From assembly GCA_029945195.1 (NCBI GenBank), contig GCA_029945195.1_4117.1: a DNA stretch of 64,000 nucleotides; one strand, written 5' to 3'. Under the pieces are notes generated by a model. The model saw only the letters and a list, made by a program, of their open reading frames with translations. It ran no database searches and was not told the DNA's origin. Origin of the DNA: a phage. The position numbers were made by a program, and so were the translations under genes. Position 1 is the stretch's first letter, and each line of letters opens with the position of its first letter. Below are positions 11,713 to 20,037 of this stretch, in pieces.

Positions 11713-13038
11713 ATGACTACTCAAAACGATATCCTGAACGTTAAACTGACTCCAAAGAAAGCTAAAGAAGCAATGGCACTAGCTGACATGATTCAAGATA
11801 GCCTGATGATTTGGGGTAGCCCAGGTATCGGTAAGTCTGCAATCGCTCGTCAATACGCTGATGAAAATTACCCACTGCGTAAAGATAACGTAGCTAAAAT
11901 CGAGTTCATGAAACAACAAATCGAAGCTGACCCTGAAAATGCTGATCAGCTACGCCGTGAACTGGCTGCATTTGAAGCAAAACTAATCGACCAAGATACT
12001 AACTTTATCGATTTCCGTTTGTCTCAAATCGAACCAAGTGACCTTCGCGGTATTCCAGTACCAGAGAAGCTTTTCCGTAAAACTGACGGTTCTCTTCTGA
12101 AAGAATCTGAGCTTGCCGAAGCAAAAGATTATGTAGCTGAAACTGCGGTAGTATGGGCTGCACCTAAAGTTCTGAAATTGTCCGAAGATTGGAAAGGTGT
12201 TATTCTGTTTGACGAAATTAACTCTGCAATGCCTATTGTTCAGGCAGCGTCTTATCAGCTAATCCTCGACCGTTGTGTTGGTGAGATGAAGCTACCTAAG
12301 ACTGCACTGATTCTTGCAGCAGGTAACCGTGAAACTGATGGTGGTGTAACTTTCTCTCTTGCTACACCACTGCGTGACCGTATGACTCACATTGAGATGA
12401 TTCCTTATCATCAAGATTGGATTAACGATTATGCGATTGCAAAACGTTTGAACCCAGCAACTGTTGCGTTCATCAACAACACTGGTTCTAAGTACTTTAA
12501 CACACTTAGTCCACAAGATCCTTCTCACAGTGGTGGTACTTCTCCACGTTCATGGGAAGCAGTAGCACGCTACGAAGATCTCAAGAAAACTAAGACAATT
12601 GATAAAGAAGTGTTCCGTGCAATGATTGCTGGTCGTGTTGGTGAAGGTGTTGCAACTGAATACATTGAGTACGTTGAGAACGTTGCTAAACTACCAGATA
12701 CTATGTCTATTCTGTCTGGTGAAATCAAAGAAATCGACGCAACGCTGGATATTTCTGCGAACTACTTTATCACTCTGAACTTGGTTTATAAAATTATCGA
12801 CCTGTTCAATGAGAAGCAAGAACAACGTCTACCAGTGGAAGAATGGGGTAAACTGTGTAACAACTTCATCACCTTCCTAGACCATAACTTCTCTGCAACT
12901 CAAGCAGAACTGGCAGTACTGGCAATTCGTACCATCACGCTTCATAAGGTTGCGATTTCCATTAAAGATGTACCAGCGTTTAAAGATTTCATCGCTAAGT
13001 ACTCTGATCTTGTACGTAAAGCACGCTCTCTTGGCTAA
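11713..13038 (+). CDS. MoxR-like AAA+ ATPase
   Basis: 441 aa; Walker A GSPGIGKS, Walker B ILFDEIN, MoxR-type core followed by a C-terminal extension; codon usage differs from neighbours (CTG/CGT/GGT-rich). Confidence 0.8.
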   Translation: MTTQNDILNVKLTPKKAKEAMALADMIQDSLMIWGSPGIGKSAIARQYADENYPLRKDNVAKIEFMKQQIEADPENADQLRRELAAFEAKLIDQDTNFIDFRLSQIEPSDLRGIPVPEKLFRKTDGSLLKESELAEAKDYVAETAVVWAAPKVLKLSEDWKGVILFDEINSAMPIVQAASYQLILDRCVGEMKLPKTALILAAGNRETDGGVTFSLATPLRDRMTHIEMIPYHQDWINDYAIAKRLNPATVAFINNTGSKYFNTLSPQDPSHSGGTSPRSWEAVARYEDLKKTKTIDKEVFRAMIAGRVGEGVATEYIEYVENVAKLPDTMSILSGEIKEIDATLDISANYFITLNLVYKIIDLFNEKQEQRLPVEEWGKLCNNFITFLDHNFSATQAELAVLAIRTITLHKVAISIKDVPAFKDFIAKYSDLVRKARSLG

Positions 13039-13059
13039 TTAACAAAGAGTTGTTGACAA

Positions 13060-13090
13060 GAAGGATGCCTAATGGTATCCTTCTTTTATC
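13060..13090 (+). terminator. rho-independent terminator after the AAA+ ATPase gene
   Basis: 10-bp stem gaaggatgcc / ggtatccttc (one G-U), UAAU loop, then ttttatc. Confidence 0.6.
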
Positions 13091-13112
13091 TTAACTAAAC
13101 GAGGAAATATAC

Positions 13113-14537
13113 ATGTCAGATAACAAATCTACTTCAAGATTCAATGAAGTATCTCCGGCACTCCAGAAAGAATGTCAAGAACGTCTGGTTCTGGCTCGTA
13201 CATCTTTGATGTTAACTGCACCATTCTTTGGTGTACTCGCTTCACGTTTACGTCCAGTTCCTAATAATACATGGTGTCGTACTCTAGCAGTGGATGGTAA
13301 ACATCTATTCTACAACGTAGAATTTGTAATGGGCATTCAAGACCCATCTAAAAAGAAAGAATATGAAGAAGCTATTCGTGAAAAGCACCCTGAAGTTACA
13401 GACGAACAATTAAAAGAAATGACTGAAGGTTTGACTGATGAAAACCTTGTTGCTGTAATTTGTCATGAAATTCTACACTGTGCTTACGATCACTTCCTTC
13501 GTCGTGGTATGCGTGATCCACAACGTTATAACCGTGCAGCGGATTATGCCATTAACCAAATCATCGTTCGTGAGAAAATTGGGAAAATCCAAAGTTCATG
13601 GTTGTATGATAAAAAATATGAAGGCATGACCGCAGAAGAGATTTACATTCTTCTTGAAGAAGAAGAACAAAAAGAAGATGGTGAAGGTGAAGGTCAACCA
13701 CAAAGTGGCGGCGGTGAAGGTGAAGGTAAAAATCGCGGTACTTTTGGCGATATTAAAGATGGTAAGGGTAAACCAAAAGGTACTACCATTGACCAGCATG
13801 ACGTTCCACAAGAAGGTCAAGAGGGTGGTTCAAGTGAACAGCAAAAACGTGATTACATGGATGATTTCAAAACAGCAATGATGAATGCTGCTCGTGCAGG
13901 TGGTACACCAGCAGAAATCGCTCGTATGATTAACAACTTTAAAGAACCAAAGATTGACTGGCGTTCAAAACTTCAACGTACACTTCGTAGTTGGTTGAAG
14001 TCTGATGCAACATATCAAAATCCGAATCGTCGTTCTTGGGGTGCAGGTTTTGGTTCTAATGGCTCATTCTATGGTAATCCAATTTACCCAGGGATGAAAC
14101 CAGATGATGATATTGATATTGCGATTGCACTAGATGCTTCTGGGTCTATTTCTGAAGATATGCTTCGTGATTTCATTAGTGAAGTTCTTGGCATCACTAA
14201 ACAATTCAAACAGTTTAAGATTCGTATCATGACTTTTGATACTGAAGTTTATACTGTAAAGGATTACAAAACTGGCGAAGAACGTAAGATTCTGGAATAT
14301 CCAGTAAAAGGTGGTGGTGGTACTGACTTTGAAGCAGTATGGGTTCATATGAAGAACGACAACTATAAGCCTAAACAGCTTGTAATGTTTACTGATGGTG
14401 AACCGTGGCAGTCATGGGGTGATCCAAACTACTGTAAAACACTGTTCGTGATTCACAGTAACCCAAATAAAGTTGCACCATTTGGTGAGACTGTACACTA
14501 CGAATATGAAGCTGATAAAAAGCGTCAACGTAGTTAA
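13113..14537 (+). CDS. VWA-domain protein with N-terminal HExxH metallopeptidase-like domain
   Basis: 474 aa; HEILHCAYDH zincin-like motif, acidic/Gly-rich linker, C-terminal VWA domain with MIDAS-like DASGS and GGGGTD; architecture resembles the partners usually paired with MoxR ATPases. Confidence 0.75.
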   Translation: MSDNKSTSRFNEVSPALQKECQERLVLARTSLMLTAPFFGVLASRLRPVPNNTWCRTLAVDGKHLFYNVEFVMGIQDPSKKKEYEEAIREKHPEVTDEQLKEMTEGLTDENLVAVICHEILHCAYDHFLRRGMRDPQRYNRAADYAINQIIVREKIGKIQSSWLYDKKYEGMTAEEIYILLEEEEQKEDGEGEGQPQSGGGEGEGKNRGTFGDIKDGKGKPKGTTIDQHDVPQEGQEGGSSEQQKRDYMDDFKTAMMNAARAGGTPAEIARMINNFKEPKIDWRSKLQRTLRSWLKSDATYQNPNRRSWGAGFGSNGSFYGNPIYPGMKPDDDIDIAIALDASGSISEDMLRDFISEVLGITKQFKQFKIRIMTFDTEVYTVKDYKTGEERKILEYPVKGGGGTDFEAVWVHMKNDNYKPKQLVMFTDGEPWQSWGDPNYCKTLFVIHSNPNKVAPFGETVHYEYEADKKRQRS

Positions 14538-14549
14538 GTACTAAATAAT

Positions 14550-14580
14550 GAGAACGGAAAATTCCGTTCTCTTCTTTTAT
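14550..14580 (+). terminator. rho-independent terminator
   Basis: gagaacgg-aaaatt-ccgttctc hairpin followed by ttcttttat. Confidence 0.65.
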
Positions 14581-14584
14581 AAGT

Positions 14585-14612
14585 GGGACAACTTATAAAA
14601 ATATGATATAAT
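14585..14612 (+). promoter_or_regulatory. sigma70-type promoter (GGGACA-N16-TATAAT, extended -10)
   Basis: -10 TATAAT at 14607-14612 preceded by TGa; weaker -35 at 14585-14590. Confidence 0.5.
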
Positions 14613-14646
14613 AGTTAATGTACCAATATACATGGAGAGTATTAAA

Positions 14647-14925
14647 ATGGAACAAGAAAATAATCAAATTCAACTAACCCTTCTAGACCTAATCAATGCT
14701 GCAAAAATCATGGAAGCTGCTGTTGCACGAAACACCTTTAAAGTTGAAGAACTTGTTGAGGTTGCTCCAGTTGTATCTAAATTTGTTTCTTTTGCAAATG
14801 TAGCTCTTGAAGATATTAAAGCACAAGAAGATGCAGCTAAAGAAGAAGCTGAATCACAAGAAGATGCAGCTAAAGAAGAAGCTGAATCACAAGATAGTGA
14901 AACTCAAGAAGATAAAGGAGAATAA
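14647..14925 (+). CDS. small acidic protein with 11-aa tandem repeat
   Basis: ORF track starts at 14632, but the ATG at 14647 has a GGAGAG RBS 7 nt upstream; contains duplicated SQEDAAKEEAE. Confidence 0.5.
   Translation: MEQENNQIQLTLLDLINAAKIMEAAVARNTFKVEELVEVAPVVSKFVSFANVALEDIKAQEDAAKEEAESQEDAAKEEAESQDSETQEDKGE
14822..14894 (+). repeat. 33-bp direct tandem repeat (2 copies plus partial) inside the small ORF
   Basis: cacaagaagatgcagctaaagaagaagctgaat repeated exactly twice then a truncated copy; in frame. Confidence 0.85.
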
Positions 14926-14927
14926 TT

Positions 14928-15584
14928 ATGGCAGCTATTCGTCATGTTGGTGTAATGCGTAATACAGGTTCTCGTGTTTTTGTTGTTTGGCGTTCACTAC
15001 CAGATGATCCTGAACACTGCCTTATCGTTTATCGTGATTCACTACCAGAAGCATATGTACACGCAGTAACTGATATTGTTATGGGTCATGGTCAATCTAA
15101 TATTGATTTGTGGGAAGTAATGCATAAAATTGGTTATCTCGATGGACGCAAAATGCTAGATGTTCTACACAACATGCAGCATCTACGTCGCGTTCGTACT
15201 TGTGATATTGATATGCACACTGGTGGTAATAATAAAATTTCTCTTGATGTTCTAAACAAAGCATTAGATGAAAATCAAGCGAAAGTACAAGAAGATGGTA
15301 AAGTAAAAGACTTTAACCCATTCAATCCACAAGAAGCAGACACTAAAGTAGAAGAAGCTACTATTGTAGAACAACTTCTCACTGATGCACAAAAATATGA
15401 AAAACTGGCTAAAGAACATTATGAACGTGCATACAATTTAGAGCCAAGCTTGCGTCCGCAAACACAAGTTGTTGAACAACCGAAAGATAGTAAAACAATT
15501 TATCTAGAAATTCCAGAAGGTATTTCACAGACTAAAGCTATTGAGAAAGTAAAACAACTATTTGCAGAACGTAAAGCAAAATAA
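14928..15584 (+). CDS. hypothetical protein
   Basis: 218 aa; AGGAG RBS; no recognisable motif. Confidence 0.5.
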   Translation: MAAIRHVGVMRNTGSRVFVVWRSLPDDPEHCLIVYRDSLPEAYVHAVTDIVMGHGQSNIDLWEVMHKIGYLDGRKMLDVLHNMQHLRRVRTCDIDMHTGGNNKISLDVLNKALDENQAKVQEDGKVKDFNPFNPQEADTKVEEATIVEQLLTDAQKYEKLAKEHYERAYNLEPSLRPQTQVVEQPKDSKTIYLEIPEGISQTKAIEKVKQLFAERKAK

Positions 15585-15587
15585 AAT

Positions 15588-16181
15588 ATGAAAAAGAATG
15601 AATTAGATGAAGCAATTAAAGGTTTATCTAATGTATGTTTTAGTGGCGGGGCAGCAGGTGCTGACCGCCTTTTTTCTATCTATGCAAAAAATAATGGATT
15701 TGAAGTTATTAATTTTTCATTCAAAGGTCATGAGCATAGTGTAGATGAAAGTACTATATTAGAAATACCATCCAATATTCTATCTGATATTTCTATATTA
15801 AATCAACTAAACATTGCATGTTACTCGTTGCAGCGAAAAGTACCAAAACCTGGTTCTTATGTTTACAACTTACTTGCAAGGAATAGTTATCAGATACTTA
15901 ATACAGAAAGAATATATTGTATTGCAAATATCACATCACCAACTAAGGTAAGTGGTGGTACTGCATGGGCAGTACAGATGTATATGGATTCAGTTGAAAA
16001 TCCTGAAATTTATTGTTATGATATGAATTCACGTTCAGTATTTTATTTCGATACAGTACTGAAAGAGTTCACACAAACATTCGTCGTTCCAGCACCACAT
16101 GGTAACTGGACTGGTATTGGTTCACGCAATGCCACCGAAAAACATATGGAACATTTTATTACATTTTTCAAGGAAGAATAA
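15588..16181 (+). CDS. SLOG-like Rossmann-fold protein (DprA/LOG/YpsA-like)
   Basis: 197 aa; N-terminal FSGGAAGAD motif typical of the SLOG superfamily (inference from motif only); stop overlaps the start of the ThyA-family gene. Confidence 0.4.
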   Translation: MKKNELDEAIKGLSNVCFSGGAAGADRLFSIYAKNNGFEVINFSFKGHEHSVDESTILEIPSNILSDISILNQLNIACYSLQRKVPKPGSYVYNLLARNSYQILNTERIYCIANITSPTKVSGGTAWAVQMYMDSVENPEIYCYDMNSRSVFYFDTVLKEFTQTFVVPAPHGNWTGIGSRNATEKHMEHFITFFKEE

Positions 16182-17110
16182 TGAAACAACTACAAGAACT
16201 ATATCAAAAAATTCTAGATGAAGGCGTAGAAAGCGTTGACCGTACTGGTGTTGGAACAATCAAACTTATCGGTCAACAAATGCGTTTTGACCTTAAAGAT
16301 GGTTTCCCAGCAGTGACGACAAAACGTCTAGCTTGGAAAGCAATGACTTCAGAATTACTATGGTTTATTGAAGGTTCCCATGATGAGCGTCGCCTTTGTG
16401 AAATTTTGCATGGAACTCGTGATACAGAAAAGAAAACTATTTGGACAGATAATTACCTAAATCAAGGCGTTGCTCTTGGTTATACTGATGGTGAGTTAGG
16501 TCCAGTGTATGGTAAGCAATGGCGTGAATGGGAAGATTATAAATTTAGTTCCAGTACTGAAGAAATTCAAGAATTAAAAGATAAAGGATACAAAGTTATC
16601 GATTATACTGGTTCACATGGTGTTGTTATGAAACGTACAACTGACCAATTACAAGAACTAATCAAAGGTATAAAGTCCGATCCATATGGCCGTCGCCACA
16701 TTCTAAGTGCATGGAACGTTGGTGAGCTTGATGATATGACGTTACCACCTTGTCATAGCTTTGTGCAATTTTGTGTAGTGCAAGGAAAACTAAGCTGTAT
16801 TCTGCATCAACGCTCCGCTGATCTATTTTTAGGAGTTCCATTTAATATCAGTAGTTACTCACTACTAACTCATATGATTGCACAAATTACTGGTTTAGAT
16901 GTTGGTGAATTTATTTGGAATGGTGGTGATTGTCACATTTATAAAAACCACGTTGAACAAGTAAAAGAACAACTACAGCGAAAACCTCGTGAATTACCTG
17001 AATTGTGGCTTGATCCTACAATTACTAATATTGAAGATTTCACTATGGATTCTTTTAAATTAGTGAATTACAACCCAATGCCAACAATTAAAGCACCTAT
17101 GGCTGTATAA
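16181..17110 (+). CDS. thyA: thymidylate synthase family protein (ThyA-like; dUMP hydroxymethylase not excluded)
   Basis: 309 aa; ThyA hallmarks DRTGVGT, GPVYGKQWR, SAWNVGELD, catalytic PCH, QRSADLFLGVPFNISSY and C-terminal KAPMAV; ~29-aa insertion after GKQWREW. Confidence 0.85.
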   Translation: MKQLQELYQKILDEGVESVDRTGVGTIKLIGQQMRFDLKDGFPAVTTKRLAWKAMTSELLWFIEGSHDERRLCEILHGTRDTEKKTIWTDNYLNQGVALGYTDGELGPVYGKQWREWEDYKFSSSTEEIQELKDKGYKVIDYTGSHGVVMKRTTDQLQELIKGIKSDPYGRRHILSAWNVGELDDMTLPPCHSFVQFCVVQGKLSCILHQRSADLFLGVPFNISSYSLLTHMIAQITGLDVGEFIWNGGDCHIYKNHVEQVKEQLQRKPRELPELWLDPTITNIEDFTMDSFKLVNYNPMPTIKAPMAV

Positions 17111-17112
17111 AC

Positions 17113-17145
17113 GAAAAGGGAGAACATCAGTTCTCCCTTTTTTAT
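17113..17145. terminator. bidirectional rho-independent terminator between convergent genes
   Basis: aagggagaac-atca-gttctccctt hairpin flanked by an A-tract upstream and a T-tract downstream. Confidence 0.75.
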
Positions 17146-19109
17146 TATCTAATTGTTACCAATGTTCTTCCGTCGAAACGTACATCAGGAGTTGAAGGTA
17201 TACTAAACACTACGTTAGTGCCGTTAAACGTAACGCTATCGACCTCAACACGAGTATAGACACCAGGACTAACCTGTTCCTGTATCTCTGCTGTGACGAT
17301 GTTTGAGGCTGTTACAGTAAGGGTGTAGTAGTTACCACTTAATACCCAAGATGAAATTGTAAAAGCATCGGTTCTCACTGAACCTGAACCAATTGGAACC
17401 CATTGACCTTGAACTTTTTGCATTGAAGTACGCTCGGTATTGGAGTATGCAATCATACCATCAACGCCAACAGAGTTATCAATAGTAGCTAGTACTGGTA
17501 ATTGGATACCATATCTATTAAAACGTGTTCTTATAGTTCCATTATCATAGATACTTACATCAGCATAATTACCCATTGATAGTTTTAAATCAGAACTAAC
17601 TAATTGGATTGTACTTTGATTAGTAGTACTTTCTAATGTAATTATACCATTAGCTAATAGATTTATATTTTTAAATTTATTAGTTGTTCCATTGAAATTA
17701 GTGTTTGCTGTAAACGTACTAACTCCATTAACTGTAATTGTATCAGATGCAGCATCGCCTAATGTAGTATTACCTTGAATGTTCAAATTACCACTAGCAG
17801 TGATATTACTAGCTGATGTATCACCAGTCAATGTACTTGTACCATCAACCACAATATTACCATGAAACGCACTTTCACCATTTTTAAATTCAACTTGTAC
17901 TTTATTCATTGAACTAAATGAAATAATATTACTACTAGCACTTAGTCCAACATTAGTATTGGTTGCATTATCAAATCTTAGTACTGGGGTTGATGCTGGG
18001 GTTGAAGTTGTTTGGTATAATGTTAATGTTGAATTATTAATTCTAATACGTTCAGTTCCAGCAGTACTGAAACCAATTGCATCATCTGCTGGATGAAACA
18101 TACCAGTATTAGCGTCTGACCATTTTGCAGGATCATTACCTGGGTTATTGGTTGGATCAAATGGATTGTTATTAAATGTCAATGCTGGTGCTGCTGCACT
18201 ACCATAGACCACACCAAAACGCCCTGAGCCGCTTGTTCCATCATTATACATGGAATCACCAGTTCTACGTAAACACTCAATCACAACGTTATCTATGGAT
18301 GTTTGAACGGTCCCTGCGTTTGTCCTAAATTGACGATGATTTGCAATCATTACAGTATTGTCATATAATACTGAAGCAGCGGAAATGCTTGTTCTTGACT
18401 GGCGTAGACGTATGTTTTTATCTTCAGTTATAATAATCCAATCACCATCTGATAGTGCGGTTTGGTTCATTGGAACACCTGAAGCAAATGGTTTGGTTAA
18501 GTCAGCATCTGTTGCTAAATTTTTAAGACCATCATGACCAGTACTAGGAATAGATGCAGGAATAATTCTAGCGAAAGCGTATGTTACTAGTTTAGCACCA
18601 GATATATTTGGATTAGAGTCAACATAATATAAAATTTCAATCCAATTACCTTGTCCAGTTGGATTTGTAGGTGTAAATGTAACAGGACTTGTTTGTGGAT
18701 TATTTGCTTCATAATGGGCTTGTGCGGCATCCATAATACCACGAACAACATAATAATCACCATTTAGTGATGCTGCTGGTGCTGGTAGTGGTGTTTGTGC
18801 TAAAGGTGGATCAATATCATCTGGGATAGGATTGTATGTACCAACAAACTGTAAACCACTAGTTACTGAATCTGGTAATTGGGAAGTAAGAAGTTTACCA
18901 TTTGCATCTAAGTTTGCAAAGCGGCGATATGCCATAGTACCATCTTCAAAATCCAGAACACCTTCAAATGATTTCCATTCCTTATTGTATCTAATCATCC
19001 CTGATCTTATTACATCAGCGGTTTCTTTTGATGGTGCTTTCGGTAACTCTAAAAAAGATTTACTATCAATAATTACACCACCATCACCTCTAATTCGATT
19101 TATACTCAT
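17145..19109 (-). CDS. tail fibre protein
   Basis: 654 aa; ATG with GAGGA RBS; S/T/N/G-rich beta-rich sequence typical of phage fibres; first of several fibre-like genes on this strand. Confidence 0.65.
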   Translation of the reverse strand: MSINRIRGDGGVIIDSKSFLELPKAPSKETADVIRSGMIRYNKEWKSFEGVLDFEDGTMAYRRFANLDANGKLLTSQLPDSVTSGLQFVGTYNPIPDDIDPPLAQTPLPAPAASLNGDYYVVRGIMDAAQAHYEANNPQTSPVTFTPTNPTGQGNWIEILYYVDSNPNISGAKLVTYAFARIIPASIPSTGHDGLKNLATDADLTKPFASGVPMNQTALSDGDWIIITEDKNIRLRQSRTSISAASVLYDNTVMIANHRQFRTNAGTVQTSIDNVVIECLRRTGDSMYNDGTSGSGRFGVVYGSAAAPALTFNNNPFDPTNNPGNDPAKWSDANTGMFHPADDAIGFSTAGTERIRINNSTLTLYQTTSTPASTPVLRFDNATNTNVGLSASSNIISFSSMNKVQVEFKNGESAFHGNIVVDGTSTLTGDTSASNITASGNLNIQGNTTLGDAASDTITVNGVSTFTANTNFNGTTNKFKNINLLANGIITLESTTNQSTIQLVSSDLKLSMGNYADVSIYDNGTIRTRFNRYGIQLPVLATIDNSVGVDGMIAYSNTERTSMQKVQGQWVPIGSGSVRTDAFTISSWVLSGNYYTLTVTASNIVTAEIQEQVSPGVYTRVEVDSVTFNGTNVVFSIPSTPDVRFDGRTLVTIR

Positions 19110-19193
19110 TTAAATATTTCCTCAGAATAGATTTATATGATGTATTTATTTTAGTTAAAAGAAAAGGCCAAGCATAGGCTTGACCTTAAAAAA

Positions 19194-19973
19194 TTAACGT
19201 ATACGTTCAGGAATATCAACACCTTCATATACCCAAGTTGCAGCTTGTTGTGCCTTATAAATTGCATCAGGATCTAAATCATCAACTGCATCAATTGCTG
19301 CACACTGATTGTCACATTCTGTAAACAATTGCTCAATCATAGCAAAGGCTCCAGTGTATAGTTGTGTCATTTCAGTAGCAGATAATTTTACAATTGCGTC
19401 ATCAAGAAAAATAGAAACACTTTCAGAACCTGAAGTGACTTGTGTATAGTAATTAAGAAGCATTTGACGACCAGACATATCAGTACTGTAACGATGACCA
19501 TTGAACATATAACCAGAATTCATACGATTTGTACGTTCTGATATAGTTCTTGCTTTTAAATCAACTTTAACATCTGCTATTGGCATATCAATATAATGAT
19601 ATGTTTTAAGAACAGTTAGTGCTTTATATTCTTCGGTAGCGTCTTCTAAAAATTCAACAATAGGTTGATTTTCATCTTTTAATTTAATAAACTCCAACGG
19701 TTGTTCAATAGCATTAACATTTCCAACATTTTTATACACTAACCACCAAAAACCTTCTTCTTTTCTAACAGCATCATTAGGTTCTACTGGGGAACCATCT
19801 TTACTTGAAATACCATAAAGAGTTCTAATATCACTATAAAGATAACGATAGGTTTGTGGATCTTCTGGTGTTGCACCAGGACGTTCTTTAAGTCCTTTTA
19901 CACCAATTGGATTGGAAATAATGTTTCCCAATTCATAATTTTCTTTTGAATTTCCTTTCACATATGTGAACAT
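19194..19973 (-). CDS. hypothetical protein within the tail fibre cluster
   Basis: 259 aa; ATG with GAGGT RBS; a terminator-like hairpin follows its 3' end. Confidence 0.5.
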   Translation of the reverse strand: MFTYVKGNSKENYELGNIISNPIGVKGLKERPGATPEDPQTYRYLYSDIRTLYGISSKDGSPVEPNDAVRKEEGFWWLVYKNVGNVNAIEQPLEFIKLKDENQPIVEFLEDATEEYKALTVLKTYHYIDMPIADVKVDLKARTISERTNRMNSGYMFNGHRYSTDMSGRQMLLNYYTQVTSGSESVSIFLDDAIVKLSATEMTQLYTGAFAMIEQLFTECDNQCAAIDAVDDLDPDAIYKAQQAATWVYEGVDIPERIR

Positions 19974-20037
19974 ATAACTACCTCACTTGTTATGATGGTG
20001 TCACCCAAAATGAGTGACACCTTTATTATTATAATTA

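Noticed and set aside
13053-13081. TTGACA hexamer upstream of the VWA gene as a promoter
   Set aside because: The only downstream -10 candidates (TAATGG, TATCCT) are poor. The TTGACA sits immediately 5' of the stem of the ATPase gene's terminator hairpin, so the region is better explained as a terminator.
16181-17110. ThyA insertion as a sign of an intron or pseudogene
   Set aside because: The reading frame is continuous with all catalytic motifs intact, and the insertion lies in a loop known to tolerate insertions in some thymidylate synthases, so this is an intact gene.
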